From Heptranchias perlo (taxonomy: Eukaryota), in assembly GCF_035084215.1 (NCBI RefSeq), contig NC_090334.1, forward strand, positions 23,002,001 through 23,066,000: DNA of 64,000 nt, in the 5' to 3' direction. This document shows positions 39,069 through 52,148 of the stretch, in pieces. The number at the start of each line of letters is the position of its first letter. Within the stretch, counting starts at the first letter, position 1. Both the position numbers and the translations under genes were made by a program. The notes below the pieces were generated by a model. The model worked only from the letters and a program-made list of their open reading frames with translations, was not told where the DNA came from and searched no databases.

Positions 39069-40759
39069 GAGACTGCACCTCACCAGAGTCACTGCCTACA
39101 GAGCCGCACCTCACCAGAGTCACTGCCTACAGAGCCGCACCTCACCAGAGTCTCTGCCTACAGAGCCGCACCTCACCAGAGTCTCTGCCTACAGAGCCGC
39201 ACCTCACCAGAGTCACTGCCTACAGAGCCGCACCTCACCAGAGTCTCTGCCATTCAGAGCCGCACCTCACCAGAGTCTCTGCCATTCAGAGCCGCACCTC
39301 ACCAGAGTCACTGCCATTCACAGCCGCACCTCACCAGAGTCACTGCCCACAGAGCCGCACCTCACCAGAGTCACTGCCATTCACAGCCGCACCTCACCAG
39401 AGTCACTGCCCACAGAGCCGCACCTCACCAGAGTCACTGCCTACAGAGCCGCACCTCACCAGAGTATCTGCCATTCAGAGCCGCACCTCACCAGAGTCTC
39501 TGCCATTCAGAGCCGCACCTCACCAGAGTCACTGCCTACAGAGCCGCGCCTCACCAGAGTCTCTGCCATTCAGAGCCGCACCTCACCAGAGTCTCTGCCA
39601 TTCAGAGCCGCACCTCACCAGAGTCACTGCCTACAGAGCCGCGCCTCACCAGTCTCTGCCATTCAGAGCCGCACCTCACCAGAGTCACTGCCATTCAGAG
39701 CCGCACCTCACCAGAGTCACTGCCTACAGAGCCGCACCTCACCAGAGTCACTGCCCACAGAGCCGCACCTCACCAGAGTCTCTGCCATTCAGAGCCGCAC
39801 CTCACCAGAGTCACTGCCTACAGAGCCGCACCTCACCAGAGTCACTGCCCACAGAGCCGCACCTCACCAGAGTCACTGCCATTCAGAGCCGCACCTCACC
39901 AGAGTCACTGCCATTCAGAGCCGCACCTCACCAGAGTCACTGCCTACAGAGCCGCACCTCACCAGAGTCACTGCCATTCAGAGCCGCACCTCACCAGAGT
40001 CACTGCCTACAGAGCCGCACCTCACCAGAGTCACTGCCTACAGAGCCGCACCTCACCAGAGTCACTGCCATTCAGAGCCGCACCTCACCAGAGTCACTGC
40101 CTACAGAACCGCGCCTCACCGGAGTCTCTGCCATTCAGAGCCGCACCTCACCAGAGTCACTGCCTACAGAGCCGCACCTCACCAGAGTCACTGCCTACAG
40201 AGCCGCACCTCACCAGAGTCACTGCCTACAGAGCCGCACCTCACCAGAGTCACTGCCATTCAGAGCCGCACCTCACCAGAGTCTCTGCCATTCAGAGCCG
40301 CACCTCACCAGAGTCACTGCCTACAGAGCCGCACCTCACCAGAGTCTCTGCCTACAGAGCCACACCTCACCAGAGTCACTGCCTACAGAGCCGCACCTCA
40401 CCAGAGTCTCTGCCTACAGAGCCACACCTCACCAGAGTCACTGCCTACAGAGCCGCACCTCACCAGAGTCACTGCCTACAGAGCCGCACCTCACCAGAGT
40501 CACTGCCTACAGAGCCGCACCTCACCAGAGTCACTGCCATTCAGAGCCGCACCTCACCAGAGTCTCTGCCATTCAGAGCCGCACCTCACCAGAGTCACTG
40601 CCTACAGAGCCGCACCTCACCAGAGTCTCTGCCTACAGAGCCACACCTCACCAGAGTCACTGCCTACAGAGCCGCACCTCACCAGAGTCTCTGCCTACAG
40701 AGCCACACCTCACCAGAGTCACTGCCTACAGAGCCGCACCTCACCAGAGTCTCTGCCTA
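39069..40759. repeat. 31/32-bp minisatellite, about 54 copies
   Basis: Unit cagagccgcacctcaccagagtc[a/t]ctgcc[ta/ca/att]. Confidence 0.97.
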
Positions 40760-43277
40760 TCGGAGAGAAGGCGAGAAAATTGGAAAGAGAAAACAGATTG
40801 CAACTATTCTAAACAATCAGAACAGCATTAAAAAGTCAGCACTGCAGCGAACTTGAGTGCAAGCTGTTGATGGTTGATGGTTGTTCTTGCAATGAACCTC
40901 GCTGTGACTTCCACAATGGGTGATTGAGGCCCATTGAGTACAAAGCCAGTTGACCAAGCTTTTGTACTTTACAGAATCAATGTACTTCACTGGCCAAGTC
41001 TAAGGATAAAAGAGCAGGATGACCTTCTGGTTCAAAGTCTTTTTTAAATGTTGGTGTGAGCTTCTCAAAGAAAGAATGTCACAAGAAAATCCATTTCTAG
41101 AATGTTGTTAGTCCTTGTGGAGCTTTCATGAGATATTTATGGTTGTCTGATAAAAGCTCTATTTGTTTTTGTTATTGAAGGTCAGCCATTTGGGAGAAGG
41201 AAGATGTTTTGTACATCACTGTCTGAACCATGAGAGGAAATTAAGTTAGAATTTCAAAGAGGGAAAAAAAATCGATGGTTTGTTTACTTTGGGCTGGCCT
41301 GAAAAGTCAAGATATTGAGATTGGGTTGGGCAGGCTGATTAATGATGGGACTGCATTACAGGTGATGGATTGGCCTGTCTGGTTCCCAGCTCTTCGAGGC
41401 AGCCTAAAATTTTAATGCAAGAAACTATTGTCTGAACCTGAAGAAAGAACTTTGTGGAGAATCCTATCTCAGTGTAGTTTCCTTTGATGATGTATTTGTG
41501 TACTCTGTGGTGTGATACTGAGCACGAGGCTCCTAGGTTCAATTTCTGGTCTGTGCTGCCTTATTGTCACTGGACAAAGCAGATGGTCATGCTACTTCTG
41601 ATCAGTTGTCAGTGGCCCTGCAGGAAAGTGTACAAGAACTGGCCGAGGACAGGATTTGGGATAGCTGCAATGCTCCTCACAGTTAAATAGCCTGCCAGCA
41701 GTCACTGTCCATGCTCGCACACAGAGTGGCTCCTTGCACAAGGAACTGGAGAGCTGCCAGTATCCTTTTGAGCCACAATCCAGACTGAACCACTGACTTC
41801 AGGAGAGGTAGGAAGAGAAGAAAAAGTGGGAGAGAAAAAAATTAAATCATCAGAAGGAGCAAAAATCCAACCAGAACTGGAGTCTGACCTCCCTGAAATT
41901 CAGGGGGGTCAATCGAATATTCAGTCAACTTTGAACCTCCATTCAAATTTAGGTTGTTTGTTTGTGAAGTCCCCAGATTACTGAATTGTGTATGCGGAGG
42001 GAAGTGTACACAGGTAAATATCCTCTTTCCAGGCCTGGAGAGCTCCAACATAATGTGCCAACTAATTGTATAATATCTGCGCTTGCACTCAATTCTGATA
42101 AGCGTTCACAATGGAAGGGAGGATAATTGGACACTGAGGCAATCCAGGTTATCATCACACACCTCCTCATGGGGAACTCAAGAATAGTGTTGGAAGAAGC
42201 CCTGCAAGCAGGCTGTCCTTTCTCAGAGATTGGTGTGTGCTGCCCTGAAGGTATCTAAAAGAGGAAGAGTTTCTTTTATTTCCCTGTGTGCAATGCCAGG
42301 CATGAGTGCCTTAAAAGCTGCATCTGAATAACTAAATCTTTCAGGCTCTTACTCCCCCCTCACCAAGGGTGACAGAGAGTAATTCTACATTCTAAAATAC
42401 AAGCAGCCCACACATGCAGTTAGTCATAATCTGATACGTAGAAATCTTGTTCAAGATCTTTCATCACAAAATAGTATTGATGCATCAATTCTGTGAATAA
42501 TGTCTAACCTGCCCATCCTTGACGAGTCATTGCAGTGCTTTAAAATGGAAGGATCATCTGAGACCCAAATTTCTGTGCGTTCACATTAAAGCTTGTTATC
42601 TTTTGATTTGAACTATAGTGCAGTAGTAATCTACGTAAGATTTGAATTGAGGGCAATTTGCTTAATGCAGAATTCTTTATTTCTGTAGGGAGTTCCTTAT
42701 TTTGTGTGATTCTTGGACCCTGGATAAATAGTCAAGCAAAGAAAGTCACCCTCACTCACGGTAGTTTCGTTAATCAAAAGTAATTATTTAATGATGTTAT
42801 CATTCATATGAGCATTCATGAAGCACATGAAGCAAAGCCAAACCATACAAATGACTTTCCACTATAAAATCCCATTATACACTTAATAATTCGCAATGTT
42901 ATTATGTAATGACTTAATAATTCATACACACATCAGGCAAATCATTAATACATATACAACCTTTAAACCAAGGCTTTTGCTCATCAGACCTGAAGGTTGA
43001 TCAGCTCTTCAGTACTCGAGGTCCTCTTCTTCTTGCGTGATGTTCAACTGCAGTGTGCGTTCCTTGTGACTGCCGGATGGTGAAAAGGAGAAGAGACTGT
43101 TCTTCTCTCAAAGTCTTTATATTGTTTTTTTTACCAATAGGACGTAGAATTAGGGAGGGTCATTCTTTTTGTCCAATCGCTCCCTGTTGCTATGCCTCAA
43201 TCATTAACATACCTCAATGATTGACAGTTTAGGCTTTGATCATGTGACTGGAGAACCTTTGGTGGAGATAAGACCAT

Positions 43278-44143
43278 GGGCTCAGTTTTGAAATGGTGGT
43301 GGGATGGCAGCAGTTGGGGGTGGGGGAGGGGTGAAGCTGCATGTGGCAAACTCAAATAAAAAAAAACGTACCTTTTCCTACGCGATCGCGATGTAATTGA
43401 TGGTGATTAAAGTTGTTTCTAGGTTTCGGGCCCGGCAGCCAACCTGATTGACAGGCTAGCTACCGACAGAAGCTGCACATCCCAGGGGGTGGGAGGAGAG
43501 CAAGACGTCATCCGGTGCTGGAACAGAGAGTGGAGGGCACTGAAGATTGGTGGGGGTGGGGGGGAGAGAGAGGGAAAGATTGGGGTTGGGGGGGGTGGAG
43601 AGAGGGGGAGATTGGAGAGGGACATCGGGGTGGGGGGAGAGGGGGAGATCGGAGAGGGACATCGGGGGAGGGGGAGAGGGGGAGATCGGAGAGGGACATC
43701 GGGGGAGGGGGAGAGGGGGAGATCGGAGAGGGACATCGGGGGAGGGGGAGAGGGGGAGATCGGAGAGGGACATCGGGGGAGGGGGAGAGGGGGAGATCGG
43801 AGAGGGACATCGGGGGAGGGGGAGAGGGAGAGATCGGAGAGGGACATCGGGGGGGGGGGAGAGGGGGAGATCGGAGAGGGACATCGGAGGGGGGGGGGAG
43901 AGGGGGAGATCGGAGTACCTCAATGAAGTATATTTGCTTCTTTAACTATCATCCCGCCGGCTTTAATTGCTGGCGGGACTTCCGCATTCGTTAGGGGCGC
44001 AGGCACACACACACGCCCGTCTGTGGGGAACCCGGAAGTCAGTGGGTTGGGGCCGGCTTCCTCACCCGCTCGGGATTTCCCCGATTTTTACAGCCCCCTC
44101 CCTCGCCCCTAATGCACCCGCAATTTCCTTTGAAAATCGGGGC
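43278..44143. mobile_element. MITE-like non-autonomous element, possibly PIF/Harbinger-type
   Basis: GC-rich island with imperfect terminal inverted repeats gggctcagttttgaaa / ttgaaaatcggggc. Confidence 0.55.
43590..43915. repeat. 37-bp G-rich minisatellite, about 9 copies
   Basis: Unit gggggagatcggagagggacatcgggggagggggaga. Confidence 0.95.
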
Positions 44144-45227
44144 AAATGTGTTCGAACAATGGGTTGCAAAAGGCCCCTTACATTTCAATGCCCAAACATT
44201 CTTAATGGTCCTTGCGTCTCCAATTTTGATTGCTTCAATGGCTTCAAATGCATTCCTTATGCCATTTGACCGTATGCTGATTGCAATACTATTTGATGTT
44301 TTACAAATCCCAGTTCTTTTGAACAGATTACCAGATAGGAATGAGAGACCCATGCTTTTTCTCAAACTTATCATTGCTTCCCTGATCCGAAGCCTTTGAG
44401 GGATGTCCTTGTTGCCTTTTCTTACATTACCCCCTGCTGTGTTGAAAAGCTTGTGCTTCCAAAAGCCCATGTGTTTTGAAAGCCTGACAACGCTTTAAGC
44501 TCAATATTATCCATCCAACTTATTTATTTAATAATCTAGATATCTAGCCACAGTACAATGTCTTCAATCCCGAAACTCAGACTTCTCCAATGCCATCAAC
44601 GTCAGTGAGGGAAAAACAGGATTTGTGAGAACACAGTTTACCGCATCACTGTGTTTGCAGGTTTTCAAATGTCTTTGTTTAAAAGGGGTCTGGTTAACTC
44701 TTTCCTTCAAATATCCTTTGTTAAAGGGGTTTTGAACCCCACATTTCCTAGAAAGATTTTTATCTGTCCTTGCTCAGCATCTCTCTTACACGTTTTACAC
44801 ATTCTTTTGTACCACCGTCTTAGTCATTCCCACTGTGTGGTCTTTTGAAACGGATTTTCATTATTACAGAACTGTGTTTGAATTGGTTCCAACCTTCACT
44901 TGAACCAAACACAAAGTGCTTCTAACAATGCATGCCTTGTTATTCCAATATAATATCTTAGTAATAACCAGAGTGGTGGCACATGTTCCTCAGTACTCTG
45001 CCTCTGAGTGTGGCTGCAGGTTCACAACTATTTGCATGCATAATTACTTGATCTGAGCCAGTCCAGTATGTTGGTTCAGATGCAAGGCGCTGCACTATAG
45101 GGAGGGAGGAGAAAACTAAGGGGTGGGGTGTCTGTACTGTTCCAGCAGATTACCAGATACAGGGCGCACGCGCCCCTCACGAATGGCACTGTCAGAGGCC
45201 TGTTCGCCTCCTCTCAAAGCCTTGGTG

Positions 45228-45668
45228 GAACATAAGAACAGGAATAGGCCATTCAGCCCCTCAGACCTGTTCTGCCATTCTATTAGATCATGGCTGTCCT
45301 GTATCTCAACTGCATTTACCTGCCTTTGATACCCTTAATACCCTTACCGAACAAAAATCTATCAATCTCAGTTTTGAATTTTTCAATTAATCTAACCGCA
45401 ACAGTTTTCTGGGGGAGAGAGTTCCAGATTTCCACTACCCTTTGTGTGAAGAAGTGCTTCCCGACATCACTTCTGAACGGCCGAGCTCTCAGGTTAAGGT
45501 TATGCCCTATTGCTCTGGACTCCCCTACCAGAGGAAATAGTTTGTCTCTATCTAACCGTTCAAATCCTTTAAACACCATAATTAGATCACCCCTTAATCT
45601 TCTATACTCAAGGGAATACAAGCCTAATCTGTGCAACCTGTCTTCATAATTTAACCCTTTTTGCCCCA
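45228..45668 (-). mobile_element. CR1 3' fragment
   Basis: GLNYEDRLHRLGLYSLEYRRLRGDLI, plus tail. Confidence 0.9.
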
Positions 45669-46647
45669 CTATCACTCTGATGGTGCATGGCAACTGAGAT
45701 CCTGAAGAAAGGAACATCTATTAATATCCTTCATTCATTTTACAGTTTATACTCAGCAGAAAACTCCAAATGCAAAACTGGAAACTCTACTTCTGATTAA
45801 GATGCTATGCAAATAAAATTAATTTATTGCCTGAGGTGCTCAGATTGATGCTTCACAAGCCTGGCACTCAATCCAACAAGAAATGAGCTACATTTGAAGT
45901 ACCCTAGCTGAAATAATTTTAGTGCTTTAAATTGCAATCAAACTCTATTCCAAGGTGGAGACCCCCAGGTTTATTCTGGAACACCCAATCTCGAATTATG
46001 TGTTGAAATGCAACTTTCCCAGGTCAAGTTTAATTTTATTATAATATGTTTGAAATAAACCTGTTGATAGAGATATCACAAATACATACAGATGGAGTGA
46101 AACATTGGGAACCATACACAGATGTTCCAAATCCCACGTGTGATAGCATCACATTCCTGGTAATGAAATGCTGTGTGAACACAGCAGTCTCATTGGAAAA
46201 TGAGGCATCAACACAGCATTGAATGTAGGTGGAATAATTGACCAGTGACTGTTTAGCTCAAGCAGCTGGAATATTGATGAGTTGAATGTACTGGCTTAAT
46301 GAACATATTAACGCTCCCTGAGACTATCGGGCTGAGTGAATGAATCTGATCTGCCACTGAATGCTTATTAGTCGCGGGACAAACATAAGGGTTGCGTGAT
46401 GGTGGTAATGTACTCATCCACAGGAGTAGGAGTGGGGAGTTGGTGCCTGACCAGGAAGTCACTGGAGACATCAAATCTGGTAACTCAGATCCCTGCAGGC
46501 ACAAGTGAGTTATAGGCCCTGTTGTTCGGACAATTTATCCCAGTAAACCAACATTAGATGTGCACTGTATTGATAACAGGTCATGATTTAAATTGCCAGT
46601 TTTTCTACATCTGTGCTTTTCATGAAAAAATACAAATAGATTTGCTC

Positions 46648-47760
46648 GAGGAGCTGTGTTTCAGTCCTCTGGTGCACAGTGAAGTTGTTTGAGGAGCTGT
46701 GTTTCAGTCCTCTGGCGTGCAGTGAAGCTGTTTGAGGAGCTGTGTTTCAATCCTCTGGCATGCAGTGAAGTTGTTTGAGGAGCTGTGTTTCAGTCCTCTG
46801 GTGCACAGTGAAGTTGTTTGAGGAGCTGTGTTTCAGTCCTCTGGCGTGCAGTGAAGTTGTTTGAGGAGCTGTGTTTCAGTCCTCTGGCATGCAGTGAAGC
46901 TGTTTGAGGAGCTGTGTTTCAATCCTCTGGTGCGCAGTGAAGTTGTTTGAGGAGCTGTGTTTCAATCCTCTGGTGCGCAGTGAAGTTGTTTGAGGAGCTG
47001 TGTTTCAGTCCTCTGGCGTGCAGTGAAGTTGTTTGAGGAGCTGTGTTTCAGTCCTCTGGCATGCAGTGAAGCTGTTTGAGGAGCTGTGTTTCAGTCCTCT
47101 GGTGCACAGTGAAGCTGTTTGAGGAGCTGTGTTTCAGTCCTCTGGTGCACAGTGAAGTTGTTTGAGGAGCTGTGTTTCAGTCCTCTGGCGTGCAGTGAAG
47201 TTGTTTGAGGAGCTGTGTTTCAATCCTCTGGCATGCAGTGAAGCTGTTTGAGGAGCTGTGTTTCAATCCTCTGGTGCACAGTGAAGCTGTTTGAGGAGCT
47301 GTGTTTCAGTCCTCTGGCGTGCAGTGAAGTTGTTTGAGGAGCTGTGTTTCAGTCCTCTGGTGCACAGTGAAGTTGTTTGAGGAGCTGTGTTTCAGTCCTC
47401 TGGCATGCAGTGAAGTTGTTTGAGGAGCTGTGTTTCAGTCCTCTGGTGCACAGTGAAGTTGTTTGAGGAGCTGTGTTTCAGTCCTCTGGCGTGCAGTGAA
47501 GTTGTTTGAGGAGCTGTGTTTCAATCCTCTGGCATGCAGTGAAGCTGTTTGAGGAGCTGTGTTTCAATCCTCTGGTGCACAGTGAAGTTGTTTGAGGAGC
47601 TGTGTTTCAGTCCTCTGGCATGCAGTGAAGTTGTTTGAGGAGCTGTGTTTCAGTCCTCTGGCGTGCAGTGAAGCTGTTTGAGGAGCTGTGTTTCAGTCCT
47701 CTGGTGCACAGTGAAGTTGTTTGAGGAGCTGTGTTTAGCTTCTCAGGCGTGCAGTGAAAT
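46648..47760. repeat. 43-bp minisatellite, about 26 copies
   Basis: Unit gaggagctgtgtttca[g/a]tcctctgg[tgcac/cgtgc/catgc/tgcgc]agtgaag[t/c]tgttt. Confidence 0.97.
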
Positions 47761-49226
47761 TGCTTGGAACCGGTCAAGAGTGGTATAAAAATCATCCAAC
47801 ACTACTGTATTCTTTTTATATCATCATCTTTTGGTACTGACTCTAAGGTCAAAATTGGTGAATTGAGTGTTTTTCCCAAGACAATTCATTGTGTAGATAC
47901 AGAGAACAGCACCACTCAGTTGGTCATGTGTTCATGTCACTATGTCACTTCTAGTTGGCACAAGAAGTCTATTTTTATATTCGTTGATATAACACTCAGA
48001 TTAAAAATCTGAAAACTATATTTCAAATCCTGTGTGACTGTGTATTTGTTAATATGCAGGCTTACTGCAGCTGCCAGGATTGGCACTATTCCATTGCCGT
48101 TTATAGAGCAGGCTGCTGCAGAATATCAGCTTGTCCAAAATCTCCAGTCCTGTAATTATTTTGTGTTTTCTTTGTATTTCTACTGAAGCCTTTGCAAGAC
48201 TAGATTAGCGTGCCTGTGGGGGGAAGGAATCAGGGTGATTCTGTATATTGACCAGTGATGAGGTGGTTTTGATTCAGGAAGTCTTGTTGGTTCAGTAAAC
48301 GAAGCTGGGTATTGGGCCAGATCTAGTAAAAGGCTTGTGTCGTGTGGGACTGGACCAAGAAATGGAGCAGCTGCTTTCGAAGGGACTTATCCATGGAAGC
48401 CATCTGCTGCTGTTGAGGATCTGGCCCTGGGGGTAAACTACTGCTGTGAGAGACCTACTACGCCAGTGAGTGGCTTCACGTCTCCCAGAACGTCTGTTTG
48501 TGTGGACTGTTTCGAGAGAGATGGCCAACTCAGTGCCAACTGTGCTGAATTTGAGAGCACTTCTCAGCTGTATGCTCCAGTTCCACAGGGGCCTGGGTTG
48601 AGATGGCCGAAACTCAGCTCACTTAAGGACCTTGACAGCCATCTGACAGAGATTTATCTCCCATCTGTCTGTGCTGGATTTGTACAAACACTAATTACAG
48701 TATGTTCCTGTATTGAAGAGTCTCTAAATTAGCCAATTCATCACATCAGTTAGTAAAAGGAATAATAGAAGTCAACTATAGACGTGTGGAGGCTATAATA
48801 AATGCAGTGAAAAGCAAATTGCTGAAAGGGGTGTTGGAATTTAGTTTTTCTTTTCTTTCACATGAAGATTGAACACCAAAAAAAAAACGTACCTCTAGAA
48901 ATACACAGTAAAAGGTGCTTACTTCTCCATTCATTGTCATTGTGCTGCAGGCTGTGTGGGAGTTTCTATATTTTTAACATTAGTTAGTTTTATTATTATG
49001 AGATGTTCATATCTTCATTAAAACTTTCATTACAAAGAAGGCAATGGAGTTTGTGCTGATGAATAATACACCTGGCTTTATGAGGGACCAAGGTGGATCT
49101 CATGTGAGTTACTCGACCTTCATTCAGGGACTGCCATCAGGAGATCTTTGGCCATGACCATCAAAGTCAGTTATAAAGCTGTGAAATAGGCCGGAGTTAG
49201 AAATTGTGGACCCCAACTGACATATT

Positions 49227-50822
49227 GGGGGGAATTTTATCCCCTCAAGGACGGGTGGGTTGGGGCGGGTGGGAGGTAAAAATTTTAAATTTCTCAAACC
49301 CGCCTCCAAACCGCCCACTTCCAGGTTTAACGGAGGCTGGTCGGGGAGGGCGGGACAGTCAGCAAAATCTTTTAAGAAGGCTGCGTGTCACCATTTTACC
49401 TAAATTTTATTTGATAATCCGTGGAGGCCAAGTTTCCCAGGCCGCAGGAATCCCGGCAGGTGAAAGGAGGCAAGAACGGCCAGATCCATGAGGTGAGTGC
49501 ATTTACGTCACTGCTTGTAGGCCAGGAGCAGCTGGAGTGCTTCCCCCAGCCCCTCAGGCTCACCTCGTTACACGCCCCGTAATCAGACCTCACAACCTCC
49601 GACTGCACACCCCCCCCCCCCCCCACCCCGCGATCTCCGACTGCCCCCCCCCCGCGATCTCCGACTGCCCCCCCCCGCGATCTCCGACTGCCCCCCCCCC
49701 CCCCCGCGATCTCCGACTGCCTCCCCCGCGATCTCCGACTGCCCCCCCCCCCGCGATCTCCGACTGCCCCCCCCGCAATCTCCGACTGCCCCCCCCCGCA
49801 ATCTCCGACTGCCCCCCCCGCGATCTCCGACTGCCCCCCCCCCGCGATCTCCGACTGCCCCCCCCCCGCGATCTCCGACTGCCCCCCCCCCGCGATCTCC
49901 GACTGCCCCCCCCGCGATCTCCGACTGCCCCCCCCCCGCGATCTCCGACTGCCCCCCCCGCGATCTCCGACTGCCCCCCCCGCGATCTCCGACTGCCCCC
50001 CCCGCGATCTCCGACTGCCCCCCCCGCGATCTCCGACTGCCCCCCCCGCGATCTCCGACTGCCCCCCCCAGCGATCTCCGACTGCCCCCCCCCGCGATCT
50101 CCGACTGCCCCCCCCCCGCGATCTCCGACTGCCCCCCCCGCGATCTCCGACTGCCCCCCCACCGCGATCTCCGACTGCTCACCCCCTCCCCCCGCGATCT
50201 CCCACTGCTCACCCCCACCCACCCCGCGATCTCCAACTGCTCACCCCCCCCCGCGATCTCCGACTGCTCATCCCCCCCCGCGATCTCCGACTGCTCACCA
50301 CCACCCACCCCGATCTCCGACTGCTCATTCCCCCCCCCCCCCGCGATCTCCGACTGCTCACCCCCTCCCCCTCGATCTCCTACTGCTCACCCCCCACCTC
50401 GATCTCCTACTGCTCACCCCCCCCCCCCCGATCTCCTCCTGCTCACCCCCCCCCTCGATCTCCTACTGCTCACCCCCCCCCTCGATCTCCTACTGCTCAC
50501 CACCCCCCCCGATCTCCTACTGCTCATCCCCCCGATCTCCTACTGCTCACCCCCCCACCCCGATCTCCTACTGCTCACCCCCCCCCCCCCCCGTAATCTC
50601 CTACTGCCCCCACCTTGCCACGCCCCTGCCCCTCCCCCCAATCTCCGAATTACCTTCCATCTACTCCCCAGCTGCACTCCCGCCCGGCAGCCAGCCAACC
50701 TGTCAATCAAGCTGGCATTATATTTAGTCGGACCTGCGTGAAACCCTTACTTCTGGGTTTCTTATCTGCAAACCCTCCCCCCCCCACCGCTGTCTTCCTG
50801 GCTCCAAGTTAATATCAGGGCC
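49227..50822. mobile_element. MITE-like element related to 43278-44143
   Basis: Termini ggggggaattttat / ttaatatcagggcc; internal cagccaacctgtcaatcaagctggc resembles the reverse complement of 43430-43460. Confidence 0.55.
49595..50640. repeat. C-rich 20-25-bp minisatellite, (C)n-gcgatctccgactg grading into (C)n-gatctcctactgctca
   Basis: Directly visible tandem array with variable poly-C length. Confidence 0.95.
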
Positions 50823-52148
50823 ACTGTTGCAGGCAGTAACCCAGTACATGTGGCTTGGGGATTGTTGATCCTGTATTAGCAACTCTTGCTGTGTAGGTTA
50901 GAGAAGATAATTAATTCCCCAGATTCCTCACAAACCTAGCAGCCAAATGATTTCGTGAGATTTTCAAAATTGATTTTCTTAAAGCCCAGAAGTATGGTCG
51001 AGTGGATGTGTGTTTCATGATCTTACCCCATGCATATTTTTTGAATGGCTTGTTTATTTATGAGGTGGCCATTAGCTAACTTGCCCCACAGAGATACTTT
51101 GCATTACCCTTTCGGAGAGAATGGTATTGATATTGAACATCATACACTTTGCAGCATGTTTTCTTCGTCAGCTGCTTTAACTAACAGGAAGCAAGGGATG
51201 TTGAGAGGAAGAATGTATGTGACAGAAACCATCAGAAATAAGGGTCGCCTGCTGTTAACAGGTCAATGCAAAAGCACAGGATTGAACTAACAGCACCGTG
51301 TGTTACTTCTAATACAAATAAGTGAAATGAATGAATTATTCTGCATGTAGATCGATCTCTTCTATTCTGTACTCGCTGGGTCGAAAGCATGATTGACTGA
51401 TGTCCTTGGCATGCCCTGTATAATTGTTCAAGAATCACTACACTCCTATTAATACACTTGACTACAGTTTCATCAAAAGGCCATAAATTGACTTTTGTTC
51501 AAGCGTAGAAACTTCCCAGTTGATAAAATGAAGTCTTAGTGCACTGAAAGGGTTCTGTCAGAAAGCTGTAAAATTGCAGCAGTTCCAATAACCACAGCAC
51601 TCTCCATTACTGAAACCTGTGTACCCTTTGCTATTTCACTAATGTTGAGCACACAGCTTTAAATGGTTTATAGCACATGATTTGGATACGATGAGCTTTA
51701 TAACACTTCATGCCTGACATCAACAGATAAAACTCAGCAGGTCGCAGGAGTTGAAGCAGAGCAAATTTCAATTTGAAATTCTCTCCAGCTTGTACCAACA
51801 CATTATGAAGCTACAGTCCAGCAGACTGCGAGATAAAGTTGGTAACACTTTTATTAGTACATTGTGGCCTCATTATTGTGTTGCTAGTGAGAATATCCAC
51901 TGAAAGCATGCAGTCGGTGTGAAACTATTAGCAACAAGATTAGTCAAGTGCTAAGATGTATTTTGAGGGCGTTTGATTATAAGTGGAAACTGAATATTTT
52001 AACCTTCATACAGTTGTAAATCTACACTTGGAATGGGATGGTTTTGGGTACCCTCTCTTTAAAGCATAACTTACCAAATAAGGCTCCTCAGACTCCACGG
52101 ATCTAACAGGTCAACAGTCCATAAACTGTTAAATCTCTAACTTCTTCC

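Larger units (their letters stand above)
42684..44426 (-). mobile_element. Probable retroviral/LTR-retrotransposon LTR (about 0.88 kb after removing the inserted MITE) preceded by a PPT-like tract
   Basis: Minus strand: cagcaGGGGGtaa|TGTAAG...two ATTGG boxes, TATAAA (43116-43121)...attaaa...ccTACA. Confidence 0.55.

Noticed and set aside
39058-40812. 584-aa ORF as a real protein, or the array as CRISPR
   Set aside because: It is read-through of a stop-free minisatellite. There are no unique spacers or cas genes, and the context is a vertebrate intron.
42970-42990. Minus-strand ctgatga-gc-aaaa-gc as a hammerhead
   Set aside because: No GAAA follows the mini-stem.
48337-48732. 131-aa ORF, with LDQEMEQLLSKGLI in another frame reminiscent of a Gypsy/DIRS RT start
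   Set aside because: No further RT motifs, and no recognisable homology or splice structure.
49537-50727. 396-aa proline-rich (extensin/formin-like) ORF, and the Gly/Pro-rich ORFs at 43419-43994
   Set aside because: These are translations of C/G-rich tandem repeats, open in several frames on both strands.
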